Positions 6,423 through 15,357 of a stretch of DNA of 64,000 bases are shown in pieces. The notes beneath the pieces are model-generated. The model did not search any database, was not told where the DNA came from, and saw only the letters and a list, made by a program, of their open reading frames with translations. The DNA lies in IMG/VR virus record IMGVR_UViG_3300028400_000003, positions 20,086-84,085 of that record; one strand, given 5' to 3'. Made by a program: the position numbers and the translations under genes. The DNA is from a virus. Each line of letters opens with the position of its first letter. Position 1 is the first letter of the stretch.

Positions 6423-6803
6423 ATGGCGAAGATCGCACATATACTGACTGATGACCAAGAGATCAGCATCTTCACCACTGGGGGCAACGTGGACGTAAAA
6501 GGGGTTTCTTCGTTCGCGGAAGGCGTTCAGCGGTCTAAGGAGCTTGCTGAGGAGTACCGTGAAGCCGGGTATGAGGTGACCGTGTACGTCAAGTTTGACT
6601 TGGGCGAGGACGGCGCTATGTACGCTAGCAGCTTCGAGTTTGGCCCTGAAGGCGCGGAGATCGCCGGTGTCTATGAAAGCCCCGAGGGTGAAATTCCGGG
6701 CAAAATTCACGTGTACACGGTTCACGGCGGCGATGGTCTGCGCATTCCGGCCACGGTCGAGGACCTGAACAACGACTGGAACGAATGGGGGTTTAAAGAA
6801 TGA
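6423..6803 (+). CDS. acidic hypothetical early-type protein
   Basis: First ORF after a strong promoter/RBS. Confidence 0.8.
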   Translation: MAKIAHILTDDQEISIFTTGGNVDVKGVSSFAEGVQRSKELAEEYREAGYEVTVYVKFDLGEDGAMYASSFEFGPEGAEIAGVYESPEGEIPGKIHVYTVHGGDGLRIPATVEDLNNDWNEWGFKE

Positions 6804-7732
6804 ACGCACGTGACATTGCCCGCTACTGGAATTGGTCTTCAACGGACCCAGAGGCCCGCGCTCAGGAAGCACTCGACTACATGCGTGGTAACCTGCGGCG
6901 CTTCCTTGAGCACGTCAATAAGCTGGCGGGTATGGATGGCGTGGACCCCAGCTTTGACCCTGCCGAAGAGTACGGACGCTTCGTGGCCAAACACAAGGAG
7001 CTTCACCGCGCCTACTGGGAGGCCATCGGCCGCACGGCCAACCCGATGATCACGGGCCGCGCTAAGTTTCCGGTCGAGCGCAACCGACGGGCCAACGAGA
7101 TCGCCGTTAAACGCTTCGAGGCCATCGAGGACCACCTGGAGAAGGCGATGAAAGCCGCTGAGCGCAAGGCGTTCCCTTACGGCATGAAGGGCGACCCGGT
7201 GAAAAACGAAGACCCGGAGGCCGTTAGCAAGCTCGAAGAGAGGCTTGAGCGGCTTAAGGGGTTGCAGGCCAAGATGAAGGAGGCTAACCGGCTGTTCCGG
7301 AGTGGTGATGACCAGGCCCTTATCGAAATGGGCTTCAGCCCCGAACAGGTCGAGGAGTGGCGGACGAGCACGGATATCTTCAAGGCCGGCCCTCCCTTCA
7401 AGAGCTTCGACCTGGCCAGCGTTCGCGGCAAGATCAAGCGGGTAGAGGAGCGCCTGGTCGTGCTCAAGCGTCGGGCCGAACGCCTTGAGCGCGAGGGCGG
7501 GAACCCAACTTACGTTGTTGTGCCCGGCATGCGCATCGTTGAAAACCTGGAGCTAGATCGTCTACAGTTGTTCTTCGACGGCAAGCCCAAGGACGAGGTT
7601 CGCGCGTTGCTCAAGCGCAATGGCTTCAAGTGGGCTCCCTCGAAGGGGGCCTGGCAGCGCAAGCTCACGGACAACGCTAAACGCGCTGTGCGTTACATCG
7701 TTGACGAAATCCTCAAGGGGGGTGGGCTATGA
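6800..7732 (+). CDS. DUF3560/polyvalent-protein-like early protein
   Basis: MITGRAKFP; C-terminal LQLFFDGKP...LKRNGFKWAPSKGAWQR. Confidence 0.65.
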   Translation: MNARDIARYWNWSSTDPEARAQEALDYMRGNLRRFLEHVNKLAGMDGVDPSFDPAEEYGRFVAKHKELHRAYWEAIGRTANPMITGRAKFPVERNRRANEIAVKRFEAIEDHLEKAMKAAERKAFPYGMKGDPVKNEDPEAVSKLEERLERLKGLQAKMKEANRLFRSGDDQALIEMGFSPEQVEEWRTSTDIFKAGPPFKSFDLASVRGKIKRVEERLVVLKRRAERLEREGGNPTYVVVPGMRIVENLELDRLQLFFDGKPKDEVRALLKRNGFKWAPSKGAWQRKLTDNAKRAVRYIVDEILKGGGL

Positions 7733-8175
7733 TTGCCCACCCTCCGAAGGCTTACTATGTAGGCGTTCGCCAGCCTATGCGCGATCTATTCCAGCCCGTA
7801 AAAAACGCCATGCCCTATAGCGGGCTTCCGAAAAAACCGGAGGGCGGGTTGTGGATGAGCCCGTGGTCTTCATACGCGCCTGCGTGGGTTGAGTTTCTGC
7901 TAGACAGCGGACTCAGGTTTAAGGATTGGGATCGGTTGGGCGTGTGGGAGGTTGACGTGAGCGGGCTCAAGACGGCGCGTGTGGCCCCAACCGACCCGTA
8001 CCCCGACTTCGAGGAGCTGGCCCGTGAATACGACCTGTTCTTTTTAATGGCCAGGGACGTTTGCGGCTGGACCTACACCTGGGACATACCAACCTTCGTG
8101 TTGCTCAGGTGGGTTGACGGACTCGAGTTCCGCAAGATCGCGGACAGCGTGAAGCAGTTTAAGGACAGGAGGTAG
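7729..8175 (+). CDS. hypothetical protein with KPxGGLWxSP motif
   Basis: ATGA-coupled ORF. Confidence 0.7.
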   Translation: MIAHPPKAYYVGVRQPMRDLFQPVKNAMPYSGLPKKPEGGLWMSPWSSYAPAWVEFLLDSGLRFKDWDRLGVWEVDVSGLKTARVAPTDPYPDFEELAREYDLFFLMARDVCGWTYTWDIPTFVLLRWVDGLEFRKIADSVKQFKDRR

Positions 8176-8178
8176 GCA

Positions 8179-9105
8179 ATGAACCGAACGGCTATCAAAG
8201 GAGCAGGCAGGGTGAGCGTGCACCAGGGGTTCCTCAAGGCCCTGATCGGCGATCTTGAGGTTGACTGGCTTCTTCCGGAGGTCAGCGGTGAGGGGCACCT
8301 GGTCAGCCTGAACGACTGGAAAAAGATCAACGCTACTGTAGCCTTCAAAAAGGGTGAGGTCTTTACCGCTGGAAGTACCCTCAACTTCAAGCACGGGAAA
8401 GTCACCGTCAAAGCAGAGGTCTTTGAAGACGCGGTGGATGGCGAGCCCTTGCCGCGTGACTCCAGTGAGGCCATGCCGTGGGAACCCGGCATCATGGAGG
8501 TAAGGGTTGCGTCGTCAAATCAGGACTATCGGGCCGTCTTCAGGGGCGTGCAGTTTGAGCCCAACCGCATCGTTGCCGCGGATGGGTTCAGGCTACATGC
8601 TATGGACGTCAAGACGCCCGCGCGGTCCGCTATCATCATCGAGGGTAGGTTGCTCGACGCCCTTAACCGCCTCCGGCCTACCCGTTACTGGTTCGGGGAA
8701 CACGGCATGTATGCTGCGGGTGAGGACTGGGTGGCCTTTGCGCCTAGCATGGGTGACGTGTACCCGGACTACATGCGCGTCGTGCCTTCCGAGTTTATCG
8801 AGCCGGAGGTGAGGCTGATAGCCGATGATTGGCTCGAGTCCCTGAAGACGGCCGCGCAAACCGTGGACAGCGAAAATGGGTATGTCTTCATCGGCGAGGA
8901 TGGCTCGATCTTTCACGACCGGATCGAGGTCGAGGGGGTCTTTAGCCGGATGCCGGTGAAGCAGGCCTACAATGCCAAGTACCTGATGGAGGCGTTGATC
9001 TTCACCGGAGGCCGGGAGGCCACGCTTATGACCAGCGGTCCTACGGGGTACACCCTGGTCCGGGGCGGTGACCGTTGGGCCGTACTCAGGCCCTATGCCT
9101 TTTGA
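8179..9105 (+). CDS. DNA polymerase III beta-clamp-like protein
   Basis: IVAADGFRL, YPDYMRVVP, YNAKYLMEAL and AVLRP resemble DnaN domains 2-3. Confidence 0.78.
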   Translation: MNRTAIKGAGRVSVHQGFLKALIGDLEVDWLLPEVSGEGHLVSLNDWKKINATVAFKKGEVFTAGSTLNFKHGKVTVKAEVFEDAVDGEPLPRDSSEAMPWEPGIMEVRVASSNQDYRAVFRGVQFEPNRIVAADGFRLHAMDVKTPARSAIIIEGRLLDALNRLRPTRYWFGEHGMYAAGEDWVAFAPSMGDVYPDYMRVVPSEFIEPEVRLIADDWLESLKTAAQTVDSENGYVFIGEDGSIFHDRIEVEGVFSRMPVKQAYNAKYLMEALIFTGGREATLMTSGPTGYTLVRGGDRWAVLRPYAF

Positions 9106-9134
9106 AGTCTTGACTGAGTACAACGCCACCCTAC

Positions 9135-9180
9135 TTGACAAGTATGGTGGCGCAATATATACTAAGGACAGGAGGTAGGC
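9135..9180 (+). promoter_or_regulatory. early-type promoter plus RBS cassette
   Basis: TTGACA-N17-TATACT followed by AAGGACAGGAGGTAGGC. Confidence 0.88.
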
Positions 9181-9181
9181 G

Positions 9182-9529
9182 ATGAAGCGCACGCTGGTCT
9201 TCAAGTACACGGAGAAGGGGGTCACGGCCACGGGCTACACCTACCCGTACCGCGAGGCCCTGAAGCGCAACGGCTTCAAGTGGGACCCTGAGCGGAAGGC
9301 GTGGGTTCGCGATGAGTACCTTCGCCCTACCGCTGAGTTTTACGACGCGCTGGTTTACGCGCATCGTAAGGCGGGACTGGCCCGCAAGATGACCCGCGTC
9401 GAGGTCTACAGCAACGCGCGTCTCAACCCTGATGAGCCCGCTATCGGCTGGGTCCACGGCTACGGCTACTCGCGCCCGCTCACGGAGAAGGCACATAAGC
9501 GTATTTACGGCGCTTACAAGCGCCAGTAA
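9182..9529 (+). CDS. hypothetical protein with GFKWD...KAW motif
   Basis: TYPYREALKRNGFKWDPERKAW. Confidence 0.75.
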   Translation: MKRTLVFKYTEKGVTATGYTYPYREALKRNGFKWDPERKAWVRDEYLRPTAEFYDALVYAHRKAGLARKMTRVEVYSNARLNPDEPAIGWVHGYGYSRPLTEKAHKRIYGAYKRQ

Positions 9530-9539
9530 GGAGGGTGTC

Positions 9540-9782
9540 ATGAGGAAGCGGCTCACTAAGCTGGTCAAGATGTTGGGAGGTATCGGCGGGGCGCGTGCGG
9601 CGTTCAGGGGTTGGGACGAAGATAAGGAGACCGGCGTTTTGCAGCACGAAATCGAGGGCATCCCTGGTGACCTGATCGAAAAGGTAACGCTGAGGGCTGG
9701 GGATAAGCCTTGGGCCGTCATCGTGGTTGTCATCACGCTGAAGAACGGCAAGGAGATCGTTCGCACCATCGCGGAGGTCTAG
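9540..9782 (+). CDS. hypothetical protein
   Basis: RBS AAGGAGGG before ATG 9540. Confidence 0.7.
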   Translation: MRKRLTKLVKMLGGIGGARAAFRGWDEDKETGVLQHEIEGIPGDLIEKVTLRAGDKPWAVIVVVITLKNGKEIVRTIAEV

Positions 9783-10448
9783 GTGGTGTTCCTGAGCCCG
9801 GATCAGCTTATACGGGTTTGCAAGTGGCATGACGCCGCTATCAACCTGTTCCACGACTTTGGGAGCCGGTATGAGTCCTACAGCATAAGTATGACCCGTA
9901 GGCAGTCGGATCTCCAGGTATATATCAACGATATTGGCATAGAGTTGTACCATCTTGCATATACTAGAAGCACTTCACCGGTATGGCTAGTCAAGCCGCC
10001 ACGCGTGGATGGATATGACAACGAGGAGTACATAATTAGGCAAATCTACCTTGGCCGCTTTCACGGAATGATGCCAACGTCACAGAAATGCGGGTTTGAG
10101 ACTAGATACGACACCAGATACTTGCTTGACCAGGTATACGAAGAGGGCGTGGATCGGTTCATCATGGAGGCAACACGGGCCTATCTGGACTATGCCAGGC
10201 ATATCAAGCACCTATGGTTTATGGACCCAGCCCTACCCGCCCTCAAGGGCTTTGCTGAGATGATGCGGCTGGCGGGTGTGACGGATATCATACCCGAAGA
10301 TACCTTTTCCCTGGGCGACTTCGTGCGGGCGGTGGCGAAGGCGCAGGGGATAAAAATGAACCAGAGGATGCAAGTCACCTTCAATGGAATGACGCCCTCC
10401 AGGGCCATAGAGCGGCTAAGGGAGCTTGGGATCGAGGTGGTGGTGTGA
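9783..10448 (+). CDS. hypothetical protein, paralog 1 of 3
   Basis: HLWFMDPALPAL...LRELGIEV. Confidence 0.8.
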   Translation: MVFLSPDQLIRVCKWHDAAINLFHDFGSRYESYSISMTRRQSDLQVYINDIGIELYHLAYTRSTSPVWLVKPPRVDGYDNEEYIIRQIYLGRFHGMMPTSQKCGFETRYDTRYLLDQVYEEGVDRFIMEATRAYLDYARHIKHLWFMDPALPALKGFAEMMRLAGVTDIIPEDTFSLGDFVRAVAKAQGIKMNQRMQVTFNGMTPSRAIERLRELGIEVVV

Positions 10449-11095
10449 CCAGTATGCCGACTAGGGGGTTATGTAACCGCATTAAGGAGGCAAACACACT
10501 CTATGACCGGTATGGAAGCCCGTGGATTAACTACAGCCTGGTTATAAACCACTACAAAGTGCCCATCTCCGTAAGGGTTAGCGTCCTTGGTGTTGAGATT
10601 CTTGAGCGGCGGACCATAGTAGGAAAGCTGGAGTTTCGCCATACGATCAACCTGCATGCCGAACACCGGCTGGATTTGCTAATCGGCGTGGTAGAGGATG
10701 ACGACGGTGGGGCATGCAGGCTAAGACCAACCAGGCTCCGCCCTCTAAACGCAACGGCGGATGAAATCTGGATGTGGCTTAAGGTCGAGCTTAGCGTTAA
10801 GGATATGATCTACGCGGCGGTGGAAGAATACTATGCCTATGCCGATCATCTCCGCCACCTGTGGGTTAATGACCCCGCCCTCCCGGCCTTGCAGCGCTAT
10901 GCGGTGATGATGCAGATAGCGGGGATCAGTTGGTTTCCAAAAGACAAAAACACGCTGAGCGGGTTTATGATTGACCTTGGAAGACTCCACAACCACAAGC
11001 CGTGGGAAAAAGAAACGATGGCCGCCTTCATGGACCTTACACCATCGGAGGCCGTGGAAAAAATCAAAGAGCTAGGGGTGGAGATCATTCCATGA
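10445..11095 (+). CDS. hypothetical protein, paralog 2 of 3
   Basis: HLWVNDPALPAL...IKELGVEI. Confidence 0.8.
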   Translation: MTSMPTRGLCNRIKEANTLYDRYGSPWINYSLVINHYKVPISVRVSVLGVEILERRTIVGKLEFRHTINLHAEHRLDLLIGVVEDDDGGACRLRPTRLRPLNATADEIWMWLKVELSVKDMIYAAVEEYYAYADHLRHLWVNDPALPALQRYAVMMQIAGISWFPKDKNTLSGFMIDLGRLHNHKPWEKETMAAFMDLTPSEAVEKIKELGVEIIP

Positions 11096-11760
11096 CGCGC
11101 TTACAGCAGCTTTGCAGCAAAATGAAGCGGGCTCACGACCTGATCGAGCGCTACGGAAACTTTTACGATGACCACACGGTGGCCCTATCGCACTATCGGC
11201 CTTCGTTCAGGGTTGCGGCAACTGAAAACGGCTTGCAGGTGTACCTACTGTACCCGCTTAAGTGGCCTTGGTTTGAGCCCTATGCTCCACGATACTTTAG
11301 TCTGGTTTACCCTATGGCCAGGCACCGTGACGGGCGTTACTTCCTGGGGGCTATCAAGGATGATGGAGACGGTTGCCGATACTGGCCGGTAAAAGAGGTG
11401 GAGCGTAAGAGGTTCAGGGAGCTTGTACGGGAAAACCCTAAGTTGGCCGATCTTATGGCGCTCACCGCCAGGGCCTATCTTGATTATGCCGAACGCCTTA
11501 AGCGTGAATGGGAGGCTAACCCGCTGCTGCCTCGATTGCAGGGGTATGCCAGGATGCTCAAGCTTGAAGGTGTGGTGCATACGGTTCCGGAAGATAGGCC
11601 TACGCTCGACGCTTTCATAAATGAGCTAGTCGAGAGCAGCGACGTTTTACAGGCTATGGGTTACGGAGGCTACCGCATGCACGATGTTTCCCCTAAGATG
11701 GCCGCTGGGCTTCTTAAGCGTATCGGCGTTGACCTGGACCCAGCTATCCTTGACAAATAG
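11092..11760 (+). CDS. hypothetical protein, paralog 3 of 3
   Basis: REWEANPLLPRL...LKRIGVDL; ATGA overlap at 11092. Confidence 0.8.
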   Translation: MTRLQQLCSKMKRAHDLIERYGNFYDDHTVALSHYRPSFRVAATENGLQVYLLYPLKWPWFEPYAPRYFSLVYPMARHRDGRYFLGAIKDDGDGCRYWPVKEVERKRFRELVRENPKLADLMALTARAYLDYAERLKREWEANPLLPRLQGYARMLKLEGVVHTVPEDRPTLDAFINELVESSDVLQAMGYGGYRMHDVSPKMAAGLLKRIGVDLDPAILDK

Positions 11761-11778
11761 AGCAGGGCAATATATAAT
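11750..11778 (+). promoter_or_regulatory. consensus sigma70 promoter
   Basis: TTGACA-N17-TATAAT. Confidence 0.88.
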
Positions 11779-11806
11779 AGGCGAGAGGGGAAGAAAGGCG
11801 GTGAGT

Positions 11807-12019
11807 ATGGGAAAGCCGAAACTAGAGCTTACGGGTGAAAACGGCAATGCCTTCGCCATTCTTGGCCGTGCTCGGGCCGCGCTCAAAAAGCACCTGCGTG
11901 AGCAAGGCAAGACGCCTTTGCAGGTCAAGGATGAGGTCGAGCGCTTCACGCGCGAGGCCACTAGCGGGGATTACGATCACCTGTTGATCGTGGTCAATCA
12001 GTGGTTTGAGGTCGAGTAG
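11807..12019 (+). CDS. small conserved phage protein (GNAFAILG...SGDYDHLL type)
   Basis: Lies between a promoter and a terminator. Confidence 0.8.
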   Translation: MGKPKLELTGENGNAFAILGRARAALKKHLREQGKTPLQVKDEVERFTREATSGDYDHLLIVVNQWFEVE

Positions 12020-12025
12020 GTATGA

Positions 12026-12060
12026 AGCGCCCCTAGCCCCCTCTAGGGGCGCTTTTGCTT
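12026..12060. terminator. terminator between convergent genes
   Basis: AAGCGCCCCTAG...CTAGGGGCGCTT followed by TTGCTT. Confidence 0.75.
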
Positions 12061-12623
12061 AGGAGGTGGAAAGTGCGGGAGCGGCGGTCTTTGGCCCTAC
12101 GGCGGTCTATCGCGCTCGGACCCACTCGATGATCGGCCGGGTTGGGCAAGCAAATCCAAAGGCGCTCCTTACGCGACTTCAGAAAATCGGAGACCATAAT
12201 GTCTACGCCGGTCGGGTCTTTATCAAACCCCGGCCATACTGGGAAATAGGATAGCAGCTGCTTTGAATAGCCCTGCGGGAGGTAAAAGCAAAGGGCACCC
12301 CAAAGCTCGCGAGTCCACCGCCCGCCAGCGGTGAGGTGTTTGGGGTTGAGGTCTTCCTTGCGTCTGGAAAAGAAGTTGATCACGGTTTGAGGGCGTTGCT
12401 CGATGCAGGCCGAGGCGATCCGGTCGAAGCCTGGGGCAAGGATAACGTCGTCTTCGAGGTGCAAGGCCGGGCCGTCGCCTGCTGCGGCCAGCGCGGCGAT
12501 GAACGTATCCATAGCGTTGCGCGTCTTGTCCCAAACAACCTTGGCCTCCGGGATTCGGGCCGTAAGTTCTGACACCATTTCGCGCCGTTCGTCTATGGCC
12601 CTGATGATGGTCGGGATGTTCAT
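12033..12623 (-). CDS. GT-A-fold glycosyltransferase-like protein
   Basis: LHLEDDVIL; later D and DH motifs; TATCAT-N6-ATG leaderless start. Confidence 0.7.
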   Translation of the reverse strand: MNIPTIIRAIDERREMVSELTARIPEAKVVWDKTRNAMDTFIAALAAAGDGPALHLEDDVILAPGFDRIASACIEQRPQTVINFFSRRKEDLNPKHLTAGGRWTRELWGALCFYLPQGYSKQLLSYFPVWPGFDKDPTGVDIMVSDFLKSRKERLWICLPNPADHRVGPSAIDRRRAKDRRSRTFHLLSKSAPRGG

Positions 12624-12674
12624 GGGACCATGATAGCACCGGCCCTATATGGCGTAGTCGTATATAATGGGCGC

Positions 12675-13274
12675 ATGGGCCAGGAACAGGTGGTGTACAG
12701 AACGGCGCTGCGGAAGAGGGGGCCGCTGAGCCGTCAGGCACCGGGCTCAAGTGTTGAGATCGTTCAGCGGGTCGAGTTTGACCGTGGCGTTGTTTTTAAG
12801 CACGATCTAAGCCACGGGCTGCCGCGTGAGTACCGCGAGGTCGAGGCCGTTTACTGTGAGGTTCCCTTCAGGGGAGGCTATGAAGGCGATCAAGCCTATA
12901 CGGATTTTATCAGCGTAGTGGCCTCAATTTACGATACATTAGGGGTGCCAACCATCGTTGCTGGACCGCGTGCCATCGAAAAAGCGGGTGAGCCGCACCG
13001 CAAGCTAGATGAGTATCAAGTGGTATCATCCGTGATACCGCTTTACGCTTGGGGTTGGGATGGGCCGCTGCCTGACCGCTGGGACAAAATGCTGATCATG
13101 CTATCAGGTCACTTCGAGTCCATAGGGGACCCCGTGTGCGGCTTCGGCAATACCGGGTTGGTGTTCGCGTTGCGCGGGAAGGGGTTCGTTATGTCGGACG
13201 TGAATGCGGTAGCCGTATCTGTAACGGCCAAGCGCATCGAGGAAGCTTTAAGGAGGCAGAATGACGCTAGATGA
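12675..13274 (+). CDS. methyltransferase-fold protein
   Basis: DPVCGFGNTG...MSDVN SAM-binding-like motif; TATAAT-N6-ATG at 12675. Confidence 0.6.
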   Translation: MGQEQVVYRTALRKRGPLSRQAPGSSVEIVQRVEFDRGVVFKHDLSHGLPREYREVEAVYCEVPFRGGYEGDQAYTDFISVVASIYDTLGVPTIVAGPRAIEKAGEPHRKLDEYQVVSSVIPLYAWGWDGPLPDRWDKMLIMLSGHFESIGDPVCGFGNTGLVFALRGKGFVMSDVNAVAVSVTAKRIEEALRRQNDAR

Positions 13275-13533
13275 GTTTCGCGAGTTTGTCAAAGCGGGCC
13301 GGTGGCACTTCGCCAAAACGATGCCTAAGCATCCCCACTTCTACGTGCGAAAGCGCGAGTCTGACCCTAAGCGGTTCATGGAAGCCGCGAGGTTCGTGTG
13401 GGAAAACGGGACGCCGCGCAAGTGGTTCAACCGCGTTTATCGTTACCTTGAGGTGGATGGGTATGAATACTGGTTGGCCGCGCCGTTTCAGAAGGATACC
13501 GTGATTATCAACCGAAGGCCACTCGATGAGTAA
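13261..13533 (+). CDS. small protein with WHFAKTMPKHPHFY motif
   Basis: Translationally coupled inside the cluster. Confidence 0.75.
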   Translation: MTLDEFREFVKAGRWHFAKTMPKHPHFYVRKRESDPKRFMEAARFVWENGTPRKWFNRVYRYLEVDGYEYWLAAPFQKDTVIINRRPLDE

Positions 13534-14677
13534 ACCACGCCTCCCTGACAGCCGCATTACCCTGCCGCTCACCGTTTACGAGGCGGCTCAGCGCCGGATT
13601 GCGTATGTGTTTGACGAGTTTGACCACGTGGTTGTGGAGATGAGCGGCGGTAAGGATAGCACGGTGGTCTTCAACCTTGCGCTCCAAGAGGCGCAAAGGC
13701 GCGGGAGGCTACCGCTTACCGTAAGATGGCTTGACCAGGAGTTCGAGTGGCAGGCCACCGTGGACTACATGACGGCCATTTTCGAGCGTGATGATGTAAG
13801 GCCCGAATGGTTCCAGGTCGAAATGATTATGAGCAATGCGTCTTCTTCCTCAGAAGACCAGATCGTGGTTTGGGAAGAGGGCATGGAGGACAGGTGGATT
13901 CACCCGAGGCACCCGCTTTCGATCAAGGACAAGAGCCTGTTCCCAAAGCTCGACCGGTTCCACGCCTTCCTGAAAAAGGTAGACCGCTTCTTAAATCCTA
14001 ACAACCCGGTGGCCGTCTTCACTGGAATGCGGGCGGAAGAAAGCGCTGGCCGTAAAGCAGGGCTGACCACTCCCAGTTACAAGGGATGGGTTAGTTGGGC
14101 TAGCGCCCTTGACAAGCGGCGCAACCACTACGCTTTTCACCCGATATACGACTGGTCCGTGACGGATGTTTGGGGGGCCATTGCAAAGAACGGGTGGCCG
14201 TACAACCGTGTCTATGATTACCTGTTCGCCACCGGGAGGCCGCTCAGTCGTATGCGTGTCAGCAACCTAATCCACGAGAACGCCATTATTGACGCCCCCG
14301 TGTTACAGGAGTTCGAGCCTCGCACCTATGAGCGCATCGTGGCCCGCACCGGCGGTATTGACGCCATCGGCAAGGTTGGAAACGACTTCTTTAAGGTCGA
14401 GTTGCCGCCGATGTTTGGAAGCTGGGAAGAGTACACGGAATGGTTAGCGCCGAAGCTGATCACTGACCCGAAAAAGCTTGCCCGGTGGAAGAAGGAGGTA
14501 AGGACGTTCAGGGAGAAGCTTAGCGGCGCAATACCTGACGAGGCCATTAACAAATTCATCGTCAAGTCGTTGATACGCAACGACTGGGAAGGTGCCTGGT
14601 TGAAGATCAAGATGTCGCAGTGGTATTACAAGGCCCGGCAACGGGACCGTGGCGAGCTAGAGGGGGTCAATCAGTGA
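13526..14677 (+). CDS. PAPS-reductase-fold protein (IbrA/YbdN-like)
   Basis: PP-loop SGGKDS; WLDQE; GMRAEES; HPIYDW; MRVS. Confidence 0.88.
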   Translation: MSKPRLPDSRITLPLTVYEAAQRRIAYVFDEFDHVVVEMSGGKDSTVVFNLALQEAQRRGRLPLTVRWLDQEFEWQATVDYMTAIFERDDVRPEWFQVEMIMSNASSSSEDQIVVWEEGMEDRWIHPRHPLSIKDKSLFPKLDRFHAFLKKVDRFLNPNNPVAVFTGMRAEESAGRKAGLTTPSYKGWVSWASALDKRRNHYAFHPIYDWSVTDVWGAIAKNGWPYNRVYDYLFATGRPLSRMRVSNLIHENAIIDAPVLQEFEPRTYERIVARTGGIDAIGKVGNDFFKVELPPMFGSWEEYTEWLAPKLITDPKKLARWKKEVRTFREKLSGAIPDEAINKFIVKSLIRNDWEGAWLKIKMSQWYYKARQRDRGELEGVNQ

Positions 14678-15357
14678 GCAGCAAGGCGGCGATGGAAAAG
14701 GCTATAACGCAGTATGTGCAAGATGACCCTGACCGGCTGCAAGAGGTTCGTGACCTGCTTGCCAGGCTAAGCCCGTTCAAGGTCATGCCCGTGGACGCGG
14801 TGCGGTGGGTTCCGATTGGCAAGCTGGTTGCTAACGACTACAACCCCAACGCGGTGCCTCGCAGGGAGATGGCGCTGCTCTACCGCTCGATCAAGGAAGA
14901 CGGTATCACGCAGCCGATTGTCACGTTTTACGACTCCGATAAGGACCGCTACATCATCGTGGATGGCTTTCACCGTTATACGGTCATGCGGATGCATCCT
15001 GATTTGCTCAAGCATACGCAGGGTAGGGTTCCTGTTGTGGTCATTCAGAAGCCGCTCGTTGAGCGCATGGCCTCGACGGTTAGGCACAACCGGGCGCGGG
15101 GGAAGCATAGCGTGGCCGGTATGGCCAACCTGGTTTTCAAGATGCTAAGCGAGGGCGTAACCGATGCCGAGGTCTGCGAAAAGCTTGGACTCACCAGTGA
15201 GGAGCTTGTTAGGATCAAGTACGTTACCGGTTTTGCCAAGCTATACGAGGATGTGGAATATACCAACGCTTGGGAGCTTGATAGAATGACGAAGGCGCGT
15301 ACCGCCGCTGAAAAGAAAGGGGAACAGAAGATTTATGGGAAAAAGAGCCGTAGCTGA
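14674..15357 (+). CDS. ParB/Srx-domain protein (IbrB/YbdM-like)
   Basis: ANDYNPN; DGITQPIV; IVDGFHRY; STVRHNRARGKH. Confidence 0.88.
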   Translation: MSSKAAMEKAITQYVQDDPDRLQEVRDLLARLSPFKVMPVDAVRWVPIGKLVANDYNPNAVPRREMALLYRSIKEDGITQPIVTFYDSDKDRYIIVDGFHRYTVMRMHPDLLKHTQGRVPVVVIQKPLVERMASTVRHNRARGKHSVAGMANLVFKMLSEGVTDAEVCEKLGLTSEELVRIKYVTGFAKLYEDVEYTNAWELDRMTKARTAAEKKGEQKIYGKKSRS

